A program made the translations under genes and the position numbers. A DNA stretch of 64,000 nucleotides from Geosiphon pyriformis uo1 (taxonomy: Eukaryota > Fungi > Glomeromycota). The stretch is from positions 124,001 through 188,000 of the forward strand of contig JAAOMT010000671.1 of assembly GCA_016748015.1 (NCBI GenBank), given 5' to 3'. Positions 13,520 to 26,900 of the stretch are shown piece after piece (within the stretch, counting starts at the first letter, position 1; each line of letters begins with the position of its first letter). Below the pieces are notes generated by a model. That model saw nothing but the letters and a program-made list of their open reading frames with translations, did no database searches and was not told where the DNA came from.

Positions 13520-14502
13520 TGTTACCAGACGAAATTAGAGATATTATTTAGCATGAAATTATTTTTATAATTCCTATTATTAATTAGCATATATTATTGT
13601 TTCAAATTATCACTTATTATATTAGCAAAATGTCCGAAATTATCATTTAATTAATAACCCAATTTGTACATAACACAGATGTAACCTAATTGCAATGATT
13701 AATCATGCAATACCCCAAAATATGTAACATTCAAAAGTTCACTGAAATTTGTAGAAATTTGCCGAAATAATTGATAGTTCACTGAAATATCTAATAGTTC
13801 ACAGAAATAACTTGTAATTCACCGAAATGTATCTTTAGTTCAGTGAAATTGTAGAAAAGAGCAAAGTTCAAGTTCATAGAATAGTGTTATGACAAGTTGT
13901 ATAAAAAAAGAGCTTCTCTCTTCGAGAAAATGTATCTTGTTTCAGATTTAACAATTAGAATTATTTTTTACACACAAAAACAAAATAAATATCAAATAAT
14001 TTGAAAAATCAAATCCTTAATTATTTCTCTTTTGAAATTAACCAATTCTTACTAAACAGTTTTGAAATTGATTAGCTACCAATTTCAATAAACTGTTAGT
14101 GACTTCAGGCCTGGATAGAAAACATTTCTCTTGACAGAATTCTATTTCTTTTACATTTCTTTTATTTTCTTTCTTTTATTTTCTTATTATAATCATTAAG
14201 GTAGTCTACAGACGAGATTTCTGTAGAAAAGTTGACTTTCACAGCAAAGTAACTACATATTTTTAGTGAGCTTCCAAATGAGCAATTCTTGGGAAAGAGT
14301 TAACATTTACTACAATGTAACTACACAAAGCAATTGGCACAGAATTGGCCATTCTACTTATAAGCCCAGCAGTTCAAATTATAGGAAATAATTTGAAGAT
14401 AAATTCAGTTACTAGAAGTTCAACTACTTCCTGAAAACGTGAATTCACAGCAAATCAACATCAACAACATTCAAGAAAAGAGACCAAAAACCTTTGGTAA
14501 CA
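13520..14502 (+). repeat. 5' LTR of D
   Basis: TGTTACC...GGTAACA; repeat of 22437-23420. Confidence 0.95.
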
Positions 14503-14547
14503 TTTGGTGCTCTCCCATAGAAATAATACAGCAACAACAAATTCAAA

Positions 14548-17500
14548 GTGGCGACCACACCAGACACAGCAACTCTAGAGTATTACCAGTCAATTTATAC
14601 ACACTGCAAGCAAAGATTCAACATTCCAGACGGAATTGAAGTTGTCAAGAAATCAGTATACCAATACATTGAAAACCACATCAACAATTATCTTTTTAGA
14701 AACTACAACATTTCAAAAGTTAGAAGCAACCTCTACAATAATTTAGTGCACTATTCACAATTGGAAACAGAAGACCTGAACAGTGAAACACTTGCTACTT
14801 ACTTCCAAGAACTTAATTTTAACATTATTGAGTATTGTAAAGAAAAATACCCAGTACAGTTTAAATACTCTTTTGACTTTGAATCAGAGACAGAAACAAG
14901 CAACAAAAGCAAACAAAAATTGAAGCAATACTCAAAAACCACCCCAAATACTTCAATACTACCAAAAACAACTGCCAAACACTTACAAACACCTGAACAA
15001 GGAACCAGTTCAAAACTCCCACTCACTATTACATCTTTTCCAGCTTCACTTGCATAAGCAGAAACTCCTAATTCACCTTTAAATCAATTTTCAAAACTAG
15101 AAGATTATACATCACCCAGAAGTCCCACCAAACAACAAGAAACCCTTCAGACTAGTACCAATCTTCTTGACTATTTAGCAGAAAACACAAGCAAACACTC
15201 TGAAACATTAGCCAATGAAGTAAACGTTTCTGAATTCATTGAAGAAGAAGTAGAATCCAAAGAAAAAAGTGAATTAACAGATAACAAGAAAAAAGATGAA
15301 ATAACAGCTTATATTGCAAAAATTCCCGAATTTAATGAAGAAGATATTGAGATCAGTCCCCAAGAATGGCTCAACCAAGTTACTAAAGCTGGAGATGCAA
15401 ATGGATGGAATGCTGCCAGAATGTTAAGAACAATTTCCTACTTTCTCAAAAAAACAGCAGGTGAATGGTTTGAAAACTTGATCACTCCTTTTAATGACTG
15501 GACAGCTTTCAAAACAGCTTTCTTAGAACAATTCACTAATAACAACACCTCCATTACTCTTCGAAATTGTTTTCACAATATTAAACAAGAATCCTCTGAA
15601 TCTGTCATGACTTATATTGGGAAATTCAACAAACTTCTCAGACAAATTTGCCAACTTGAAACTAATGATTATTATTCTGATGCTCAAATCTTGGATCAAT
15701 TTATTGCTGGTCTAAAAGATAAACTGATTAAAAAGATTTGCCCACATGTCCCAAAAGATTTAAACTCTGCCATACAGCATGCAAAGAGATACGAAATGAC
15801 CATAGAAGAGACCAATTACACAAAACTTATAAACTTGGTCATTGGAGAAACTAGCTTAGCAGTTGAGGAGAAAATCGACCAACTCATGAAGAAAGTTGAA
15901 AACTATTTTACCAATCAACAACAACAGCAACTCCAAAGATATCAACCACCCCAAAGACAAAATCAAAATAACTTCACATTACCCTCTAATAACCAGTCTC
16001 AGAATTGCCATTACTGTTGAATTTCTGGCCACTGGAAAAGAGATTGCAAAAAGCTACAACAAGACCAACAAAATAGGAGTAATCAATGTTATCCTTTACC
16101 ACAGCAATCTTATTATCAACCACCACTACCAGCTTACTATTTACCAAGACCCCAATACCAAAATAACTATTATTAGCCCACCCCACAGCCAATTCAACAG
16201 CAATACCAACAACCACCCACACAATATTATCAAGTACCTGCTTGAAGATTGATTACACAAAATCAATTCATACCACAAAACCAATACCAAGTAAACAACA
16301 ATAGAATCAGTTCAAACAACCAATTGATTCCCTGAAATTCTACTCAACCAAGACCCAACCACTATTACACTCAACCCAGTTATTTAACAATGCCAGAAGA
16401 ACAGGATTTTTACCATACTGCACTCTCAAAAGGTAGAGCTGCAGCACGACAACAAAACTCTTTCTATACTCCTACCACAATTCCACCAGCCAGAATTGCT
16501 AAAAATGCCAACCTTTCAGATATATTCTTTTTTGAGTTTGAAGCAAATAAGTCACCATTCCTGCTCAGCAATGCAGCCGCCAATGAACAAAAAACAATCA
16601 TTGCTATGTACACTGAAGCAGAAGTCGAAGAAAAGGCAATTCACTTGATCCTAGACAGTGGATCTACTAGAAGCATCATCACCTACCAGTTGATGCAACA
16701 GTTAAAGAGAAATGTTGACCGACCAGCTCAAACAGTAATTGTTACTGCTAATGACATGAAAAAGACTCCTGTAGGAGAAATTGACAATTTTCTGTTTACT
16801 CTTGATAAAATCACCATTCCAGTCAAAGTTTTTATAATAGACGCACCCCAGTATCAAGCCCTTGTCAGAAATAATTGGCTTCAAAAAGCCAATGCAAAAT
16901 TAGACTGGGAAACCCAAGAATTACAACTCTCCTATCAAGGACAACATGCCCAAGTACCCGCTACTTGTGATATATTCAACAAATGATCAGAGAAAGCCCC
17001 TGTCTTCAAATTTGAAGAGGAGGAAGAAAAGCCTGTAGTCGAAACATTTATGGCCCTTGAATCAATATCTAACTGGGCTGAAGAAACTGAGCAAACATAT
17101 TTTGCAACAAAATCATATTCAGAGGAACCAGAAACCCCTGAATGGAACATTCCATATTCTAAACCAGAACCAAAGAAACGACACCCTTACATTCCACTCA
17201 AATGCAAGGACTGCCACAAGAAACTCTCCTCAATGGAAGCCTGCATTTTATCTGAAGAAGAATATGAAAATCATACTTGTTATTACTGCAAAGCTTGCCA
17301 CAGAGAACAATGGGGCCATCTAATAAAAAGAAGTGGAAAATAGGACAACACTCCTTGTTTGACTTGTGGAGATACGCTACCAGAAGAATGCAATTGGATT
17401 GATGTAGCAATGAGAGGAGGAGTCTGCAATCAAACCTGCCAATATGCTTTATCAATTTCAGAAAAAGTCAAAAAGAAACACCCTTTGATGTAGCATACAA

Positions 17501-20195
17501 CAGTGCTCTCAACAAACTCTATCACTACCTCCATAATGCTAAAATGATTTTTGACCTAGCAATGGCATTGGTTAATAGAGCTACCAAAGAAGATGTTCAT
17601 CAAATGAAAGAAGCTGAATATATCGAATATACCTTGGAATTAGCTAGATATGATTATAAAGATGAAGTAGAAGTGTACCATCAAATCACAAGTCACACCT
17701 ACCTGACTAAAGAAGTTCAAGCTTAACGGTTAAAGCAAATGAACATTAAATTGTGTAAAAAATGCATAATGCCTTGTGATAAACAATGGTGCCCTGAATG
17801 CTATGCTTTTAGCATTCTCCTGCTCAGTGAAAACAATAAAAACGAAATTGAATTTGAAGAACCTAAAGCAACAGAAAAAATTGAAATAACACCCATCTAT
17901 CTCATTGAAAATTAGTCTGCCTTACAACTCAAATACTTCAACAATAACGGACAAGGAATAAAACCTAAAAAAGTACATGAAATTAATGCTGGATATGACC
18001 TAAAATATCCAAACAAGGATACTCTTGTTCTCAAACCCAAATTTCTCACAAAAATCAACCTCAAAATTGCTCTCAAAATCCTGCCAGGAGCAATGGTTCA
18101 AATCACCTCCCAGTCCTCTCTGGCAAGCAAAGAAATCAATATCAAAGGAGGAATAATCGATGCTGGATATATTGGTGATATAACAGTAATATTCCAAAAC
18201 AAAACTGACAAGCCGTTTAAGATTGAACATGCTGAGAAAATTGTCCAAGCCATTTATTTATCCTTAATCAACATTTTGGGTTTACAATTAGTCAATCAAA
18301 GAGAACAATTGAGAAAAAGTGAAAAAGGAACTCAAGGTTTTGGTTCAACTGAACGATTCACAGTTCCAGTAAACATAGCTCTTAATAAACAAAATAAGTC
18401 TCACCAGATTTTACATCTTTTCCAACTAATCACTATTTCACCTTTCAGAGAACACCCCGAAATCTATATCTGCCCAAAGCCAACAACCACCCAACAAATT
18501 TTTGAGTCCAATGAACGAATCTGCTTGGAACATAATATCTCGATCTCAAACATTTATATTCCAGAAGAAACAAAGAAAGTCCAAGTTATTTTTTACAATC
18601 CCAACAATTATCCCATAGTTTTATTAAATAACTTAGAAATTAGAATCATTTACAGTAACATTTTTCAACAAGAATTACCCCAAACAGTCCCCGATTTCTC
18701 TGAAATTATTGGACATTCACTACCAAAAATCAACCCAAACCCCAGCTCTGAAAACTACCATGTTGTCATCGAAAAACTATCTCAAATCAACATAGGACAA
18801 CTTGAACCACAACAACAAAACCAGCTTAAAGAGCTAATTGCAGAATTTGCTGATATCTTTGCCAAAAACAACAATGACTTAGGAAGAACCAATTTGGTTC
18901 AACATCAAATCTACACAGGAGATGCCAAACCAAGACGACAGTAAGCCTACTGAGTTGCTCCAGAAAGTTACCAATTTATCCATGAAAAAGTACAATGGAT
19001 GCTCAACAATGGACTTATTTAACCATCAATGAGTCCATGAGCCTCACCTGTGGTCTTAGTTAAAAAGAAAAATGGAAAGATACAATTTTGTGTTGATTAT
19101 CGACAACTCAACAGCATCATCATTGGAAATGCCTACCCTCTTTCCTGAATTGATAACATGCTAGATGCTCTTGGGAAGTCCAAATACTTTTCAACATTAG
19201 ATTTAGAAAGTGAATACTGGCAAGTTGCCATGGATCCCAAAGATTACCCCAAAACAGCATTCACCACTCAAGGAGGAAATTACGAGTTCAATGTAATGCT
19301 TTTTGGATTATGCAATACACCAGCAACATTCCAAAGACTTATGGATGTTGTTTACAAAGACTTCCTTTGGAAATCAGTAGTTGTCTATCTCGATAATACT
19401 GATGTTTACTCACCATCTTTTGAATTACACTTAAAACACTTGTGAGAAGTCTTTCAATGATTACAGAAAGCAGGATTGAAACTGAACATTGAAAAATGCT
19501 ACTTTGGAAAAACGAGTTTGGCTTTTCTTGGTCACATTGTTAGTAAAGATAGAATCAAACCAGACTCTGGAAAAATTAGTGCTGTCAAAAACTTCAAAAC
19601 TCTTCAAAACACTACAGAACTAAGAGGATTCATAGGGTTAGCTTCCTACTATTGGAAGTTTATCAAAGAATTCTCAGAAATTGCAAAACCTCTCAACCAG
19701 CTTACTACCAAAAACATCGAATACAAATGGACTGCTGAACACCAAAATGCATTTGAAATCCTCAAAGAAAAATTAATCACAGCTCCAATTCTTGCCTATC
19801 CAGATTTTAGCAACCAATTCCAGTTAGCAACAGATGCCTTTTATACTGTCTTTGGTGCCATCCTATCACAGTTAGATGACAATAGAAATGAGCAAATAAT
19901 TGCTTATGCTAGCAGAACATTGAAACCAGCTGAAAAGAACTACCCTGCAACAGAATTAGAAACTGCAGCAGTAATCTGGGCCCTATATCACTTCAACCTT
20001 TACCTCAAACCCAAAGAATTTGATATTATCACTGATAATATTGGACTCAAATGGCTTCAAAAAAAAAACACTCAGCTGAATGCCAAACAAACCCAATGGA
20101 CAGGATTTTTAGCCAACTACCAATACATTGTACATCACAAACCAGGAAAACTCCACACTAATATTGATTGTCTCTCAAGAATGAGGCAAGATTAG
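14548..20195 (+). pseudogene. D gag-pol: N-terminal extension, capsid, CCHC, protease, Cys-rich domain, dUTPase, pseudo-dUTPase, RT, RNase H
   Basis: IAKIPEF; CHYC..GHWKRDC; LILDSGS; CKDC/CYYCKAC; AGYDL, GGIIDAGYIG, GTQGFGST; YLDN (=YLDD); LATDA; gag and protease share one frame. Confidence 0.92.
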
Positions 20196-20241
20196 AACAT
20201 AAAAACAACATCCATTTGAATTAACAACAAAACAACAAACA

Positions 20242-21626
20242 ATGAACCCCGAAAACTACAACAATCTTAAACAATATTGAAAACATTAACAATCTCAACA
20301 GATTGGTCCTCAGATAAAAAACATCAGTTACAACAACAAGCCAAACAATACTTCTTACACAACAACATAATTTATTATTAAAACTTCAGAAACCCAGACA
20401 ATCCACTCAGATTAATACAAAAACATGAAAAAGAAACTATTTTATATAATATGTACTCAGACTCTTCATTAGCACACCTAAGAAAAAACAGCACCACCCA
20501 GAAAACACTAGAATATTATTTTTGGTCTCAAATGAGAAAAGACATTTATGAATATGTTAAGTCTTGTGATAGTTGTCAAAGAAGAGAAAGAACTCACTCT
20601 ACAGAACCTTTAAATCCAATCAAAGTTGGACAGCTTTTTGACCAAGTTGGTATTAACTTAATCAGACCACTCTCTATTACAAACCAAAGAAACTGTCATA
20701 TTGTAGTAGCTGTAAACTATCTCACCAAATGGCCTGAAGCCAGAGCCATTCAACGAGCAGATGCAAAATCAGTAGCAAACTTTATCTACGAAGACATTAT
20801 TTGTAGACATAGATGCCCAATAGAACTTTTATCTGATCAAGAAACAAATTTCGTGAACAATTTAATCCAAGAAATTTGTGGACAATTTAATGTCAAAAGA
20901 CCATTATCTTTATCCTACCATCCACAAACAAATGGACTTGTAGAATGTTTCAACAGAACATTATGTAAATCATTAGCCAAAGTCTCAACCGATTTTGAGC
21001 AAGAATGAGATCTCTTTATTCCATCAGTGTTACTAGCATATAGAACACTAAAACAAGATATCACAAAACACACACTATTTGATTTAACCCATGGAAGGAC
21101 AGCAACATTACCAATTAGTTTCACAATGGAAACATACTCAGTACAACCAATTAATAAAGACAACTTTCAGGAAACACTACAATGAAGAGCCTACACTTTG
21201 CTTAGCACGTTGGAAGGAAAATGATGAATAACAGCCACCCATATTAAACACTCCCAAGCTCAACAAAAAAAATGGCATGACGACAAATTGCCTCCAGTTA
21301 CCAATGAATTTAAAATCAGAAACAAAGTTCTCTTACACAGAACTAAAGCTGAAAAACAATGGAGTGGAAAATTTGAAAATAAATGGGATGGACCATTCTT
21401 TATCCATGAAGTCCTAGACAACGGATTATATAAGCTAAGACTTAATGACAAAATCTTAGTAAAAGTTGCACATGCAAATCATTTGAAACACTATAATTCC
21501 AGAAACAATTCTGAACCATTAATTCCACAAATTGGTATACATTCCCCTTTAATTAATCACGAAGATATTTCTTGAAATTTAGAACCAATAGTTGTCATTG
21601 AACAACTTCCCAACTTGAACACTTAA
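20242..21626 (+). pseudogene. D integrase (own ATG), GPF/SH3-like tail, no chromodomain
   Basis: MNPENYNNLKQY; CDSCQ; YLTKWPEA; SDQ; YHPQTNGLVE; KWDGPF. Confidence 0.9.
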
Positions 21627-21790
21627 TTTAAATTTATTATTATAGTTATCTCCTTATAATTTAGAAACAATCTCACAAAAACAAAACAAAAATAACATAA
21701 AAACCCATACACCAAAAATAATTTTTTTTTATTTTCAAATCTCTTATAAGGACTATTCCTCAAAACATTCAACAATTATCCCAAAAACTA

Positions 21791-22436
21791 ATGTTAGCTT
21801 TAAAAACAATACCCAAATTATCTATTACTGTTACTGGAAACCACATTAATTATACCCAAACAGAAGTAGTTACAAATTTAGCCCCAAATGCACGAAAATA
21901 TCACCCGTATAAAAAGAACACAAGAAGTTATTCTGGAATTTACCTGCCAGAACTTTTAAAGCTTGGTTTAAGAGAAAACTTAATGCTCACTCCTATTAGT
22001 ATTCTACCAAATGCTACTATTTAATAAAAACTTCAACTGTGTCTTAATGAAAAAAACTACGATTATACTCCAATATATAGATATTTCTATATTGAAAAAA
22101 CATTTCACAAACAAAAATGAGAGCTTACAACAGCAAACCTCACAAAAGAAGCTATTTGGAAACAACTCCACAATGAATTCAAGACAACAGCTGGACCTAC
22201 AAACAGTCATTATAAACTAAGAGCTGCTCTTAGACTTTATGACCTATTCTACACCTGTGAAAACGTTCTACAAAACCCAATTTTACAGCCTTTGAAGATT
22301 CAATACATTGGAAAGCTCACAAAACTGAAATTTCAACAATTTTCAGACCAAATTTCTTCAATAATTTTGGATTATTATCTGGAAATTACAGACAGTACTT
22401 AGACTTTGATGGAGCTCAATCTTGAGAAGGAGGTTA
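21791..22436 (+). pseudogene. D ORF3, unknown protein
   Basis: TATAAG 21745; ATG 21791; C-terminal RAALRLYDLF...NPILQPLKIQYIGKL is similar to ORF3 of C and F. Confidence 0.7.
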
Positions 22437-23420
22437 TATTACTAGACGAAATTAGAGATATTATTTAGCATGAAATTATCTTTATAATTCTTATCATTAA
22501 TTAGCATATATTATCATTTTAAATTATCACTTATTACATTAGCAAAATGTCTGAAATTATCATTTAATTAATAACCCAATTTGTATATAACACAAATGTA
22601 ACCTAATTGCAATAATCAATTATGCAATACCCCAAAATATGTAACATTCAAAAGTTCGCCAAAATTTGTAGAAATTTGCCAAAATAATTGATAGTTCACC
22701 GAAATATCTAATAGTTCGCAGAAATAACTTGTAGTTCGCTGAAATATATCTTTAGTTCAGCGAAATTGTAGAAAAGAGCAAAGTTCAAGTTCATAAAATA
22801 GTGTTACAACAAGTTGTATAAAAAAAGAGCTTCTCTCTTCAAGAAAATGTATCTTGCTTCAGATTTAACAATTAGAATTATTTTTTATACACAAAAACGA
22901 AATAAATATCAAATAATTTGAAAAATTAAATCCTTAATTATTTTCCCTTTTGAAATTAACCAATTCCTACTAAACAGTTTTGAAATTGATTAGCTACCAA
23001 TTTCAATAAACTGTTAGTGACTCCAGGCCTGGATAGAAAACGTTTCTCTTAACAGAATTCTATTTCTTTTACATTTTTTTTATTTTCTTTCTTTTATTTT
23101 CTTATTATAATCATTAGAGTAGCCTATAGACAAGATTCCTGTAGAAGAGTTGATTTTCACAGCAAAGTAACTACACATTTTTAGTGAGCTTCCAGACGAG
23201 CAATTCCTGGGAAAAAGTTGATGTTTACTACAATGTAACTACACAAAGCAACTGGCACAGAATTGGCCATTCCACTTATAAGCCCAGCAGTTCAAATTAT
23301 AGGAAATAATTTAAAGATAAATTCAGTTACTGGAGGTTCAACTACTTTCTAGAAACGTGAATTCACAGCAAATCAATATCAACAACATTCAAGAAAAGAG
23401 ACCAAAAACCTCCAGTAACA
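22437..23420 (+). repeat. 3' LTR of D
   Basis: Direct repeat of 13520-14502. Confidence 0.95.
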
Positions 23421-23869
23421 ATGGCTATTGACGAGATATCAACTTTTATTGCCTTGACTCATTTCCTTATTTTCTTTTATTTTTTTTATTTTTTTTATTT
23501 TTATTTTTATTTCTTTGTTGTGTACTAATTAATTAAAAGATTAAAGCACTGAGTTATTAATGTTAAGAATAAGCCTGATAAAAGACCCCAAAGGAAGGAT
23601 ATAGCATTGAGAATTTCAGAATAGCTTACTAGAAAAGCATCTCTGCCAAATTACTGGCCATTATGCTGAAAAAAAAATTCAATGTAATTGTGATTCTAAA
23701 AGACTACTGAGAAGACAACAAATAAATCTCTATCCATTATACAAAGACTTAACAAACAAAAATCTTTAGATATAAACAATCTTTGGAAATCAACATTATC
23801 ATATTCATTGAGCACCAAGTTACAGATTTGTTATTTGATTTGAGACTTCAAATAATCATCTGTAATATT

Positions 23870-23887
23870 TGGTGCTCCTTGTGAGGT
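23870..23887 (+). promoter_or_regulatory. PBS of C (TGGTGCTCCTTGTGAGG)
   Basis: 2 nt after LTR end; same PBS as B, F and E. Confidence 0.8.
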
Positions 23888-23929
23888 ATAATCTTACAGA
23901 GAACCAGCACCAACAACAATCATCCAAAA

Positions 23930-26900
23930 GTGGCAGAATCAGAAATTATAAGAGCAAACTATTTAGGATTCACCAAATCTTTGTTTTAACAATACAGTCA
24001 ACAGTTAGGATTAAACAACAACCATTTTCCAGCAGAATCAGCCTTCAACTTTTATGTTAATAATAAAATCACAGACTGCTTAGGAGGAACAGTTAACATT
24101 GAATCTACAAGAGAAAATTTTTATACAGAATTGTTTCAACATACCAGCTTACCAAGAAATTACAGTTTTGTACCAAGCATTAAAGAAATCAATCAAACTA
24201 TTAAAAAATACACCCAACAACAATTCCTCATCACTTATGCAGACAAAAACAAAAGAAGATTGCAAACACCAGTGGTAACACCCAAAAAAATACAACCACC
24301 CACTTGGAAGAAAACCAAAGTTGAATTACTAACCAATCCATCATACTATTATACACCAGGAAGTGCCATCAATATCTCTTCAGCAGACATGTCCACATCA
24401 AATATAACATCAATTTTTGGACAATTCCTATTTCAAAGTAAACAAAAAAGAGCAGAGTTATTAGGACCATATGGTGAATATTTTAAAGGATTTAAATCGT
24501 AATTACCAATGCTATCAGAATTTTGATTACCACCATCTTAACCAGATTTTGGAACTGTGAGTTTGTGGAAAGTAACTAAATCAGAAGAAAAAAAAAGTGA
24601 GAATCAGGAATTTACCTACCAAAACCCAATCCTAAAAAGTCCAGAAGTTAAAACTCCAAACATTCAAATACAGCAAACTCAAAACAATCCAAACTCTGAA
24701 GCAATTAATTAGCAAAACTTACCTCTAGTAATCATCATCAATTAGCCACCAATTGAACTAATTATTGAACTGATTCAACAACAGCCACTTTAGCAATCTA
24801 TTCAACAACTGCTTTAACCACCTTAACAATCACAACAACTATTTCAACAGCTGCAACAACAACTTTAACCACTACCATCACAACAACAAATGGCATACAC
24901 ACCAATTGCAAAGCTGAAAAAGTTTTCTGGTGAAGAGGATAACACCCAAGCATGGATCAATAATGTTGCCAAAGCCATTATCACTAATAACTGGAATGAC
25001 ACCAGGACAATGCAAGTCATCCCATATTTTCTTAAGAATACTGCTAACTCATGATATTATAGCTTAGTCCAGAAATTCCAAGATTTTGATGCATTCAAAT
25101 TAAAATTTCTAAGATACTTTAGTAATAATAATAGCATCAACTGTCTGGCAAGTATTTTTACCACCATAAAGCAAGAGGACACAGAAGCAATCACTACTTA
25201 TCTAGGATGCTTCCATAGAAATTTGCACTAAATTTAGGCAATCTAAGCTGATTATTTTACAGCACTACAAATTTTAAATCAATTCATCAGAGGCCTATAC
25301 AGTAGTATCCTTCAATGCATATGTCCATTGCATCCAGCAGACCTTCAAATCACCATTACAAATGCCAGAGATTTTGAAGCCACTAAATTAAAAGCCAACC
25401 ACATCCAAGCCATAAACCTAGTGATAAATGGATCATCTGACTTGGATTCTAAGTTGAAGCAATTCAGCAACTCAATCAAACAGAAATTCAAAGAATACTT
25501 AGCTAATATCAATTAGGTAATTTATTAATCTCTACAATGATACAACAATTAGGGAAACTCAAATCATTCCCAAAATTAACCACATCTATTATTGTTGACC
25601 AATCAATTATGACAACAAGAAACACATGTTTGCCACTATTGTGGTAAACAAAGACATCTGCAATTTGACTGTCAAAAAAGAATAAGTAACCAATGATCAG
25701 GAAATTACTATCAAAATCTTAATTGCCAGTTTCAAACTCCAGGTTATCAACCAAACTCAAAACTATATCAACCGAACTACCTACCTATGACACAGCAGCA
25801 AATTTATCAAACACCAATTTACCAGCCTCTAGCACCTGTAATTTATCAACCAGCAACACCCATAATCTATCAATTACCACAGCCTCAAATAATATATCAA
25901 CTTCAACAAACTTCAATACTATTATTAAACTCAGCTCAAATGACATCAGAGAACCTTAGATCAAGGGTTACCCAAAACTGGAGATCAGTAATGGTTGTCC
26001 ACCAACTGATCTTCAACTCTTTAAACCAGTTATTGGGATTATGCCAGCAGAATTCAAAAACTGAGTACACACAAAAACTGAGTTTTTAAAACTATTTAAG
26101 CCTTCTAGTAACTCCAAAAGATGTCTCATCTAGCAAAACAGAACCCAATCAAAATAAACCACTTACCAGCAACATTTCACCAGCCATCATCATGGAAAAC
26201 AAGTTACTCGCAGCTATATTTTCTTTTGAAATGGAAGAACTGTCAGAAATCTCTTTGTTCAGTGAAGCCATATTTGAAGAAAAACCCATCATAGCAATAT
26301 ACATTAATGCCAAAATTGATGGCCATTCCATCAAACTGATCTTAGATAGTGGATCAGCTAGCAGTATTATCACAAAACAACTCATGGACCAATTAAGTTA
26401 CCAAGTTAATTGGGCTGCCAATGCAAGAATCATTATGGCGGATGGAATGACTAAAATTTCAATTGGCAAAATTGATGACTTTCCTATCAAAGTCAATGGT
26501 ATTATAGTACCAATCAAGATACTAGTTATGGAAGCCACTCAATACCAAGCACTCATTGGTAATGACTGGCTGTCCAAAACCAATGTGGTACTTGATTGAA
26601 CTGCCCAAAAACTCCAGCTAAGCCAGAATGGCCAACATACGAGAGTACCAGCTTTCTGTGGCCACTTTAAACCAACCACTATACAACCATTAATCAAACT
26701 AAAAGAAGAGGAAACTAAATCTACTTGGAAAGCTTATCAAGTTTCTTGGGCTGACAAGAATCACAATGAACTGCTGCCAGTACTTTTATGGGATGACCAA
26801 AAAAAAAGAAAGAGAAGAGAAGAACTTACCTGGGACACCGACCAATTATCATGAGATAACAATAATTAAAGCAAGTTACTACCAATTTGGATCTGGGAAG

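Larger units (their letters stand above)
13520..23420 (+). mobile_element. Full-length dUTPase-bearing Ty3/gypsy element D
   Basis: LTRs 13520-14502 and 22437-23420; exact TSD ATGG/ATGG; PBS TGGTGCTCTCCC at 14505; PPT GAGAAGGAGG 22424-22433. Confidence 0.96.

Noticed and set aside
13735-13850. Regularly spaced palindromic repeats as a CRISPR-like array
   Set aside because: Period is only 20 bp, the array lies inside an LTR and is duplicated in the sister LTR, the context is eukaryotic, and there are no cas genes
21288-21626. Chromodomain at the integrase C-terminus
   Set aside because: Only the GPF/SH3-like module and a short tail are present; no YLVKW-type motif
25723-26089. Overlapping dual-coding ORFs in the gag tail
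   Set aside because: Low-complexity C/A-rich (Q/P/Y) sequence naturally lacks stops in the shifted frame
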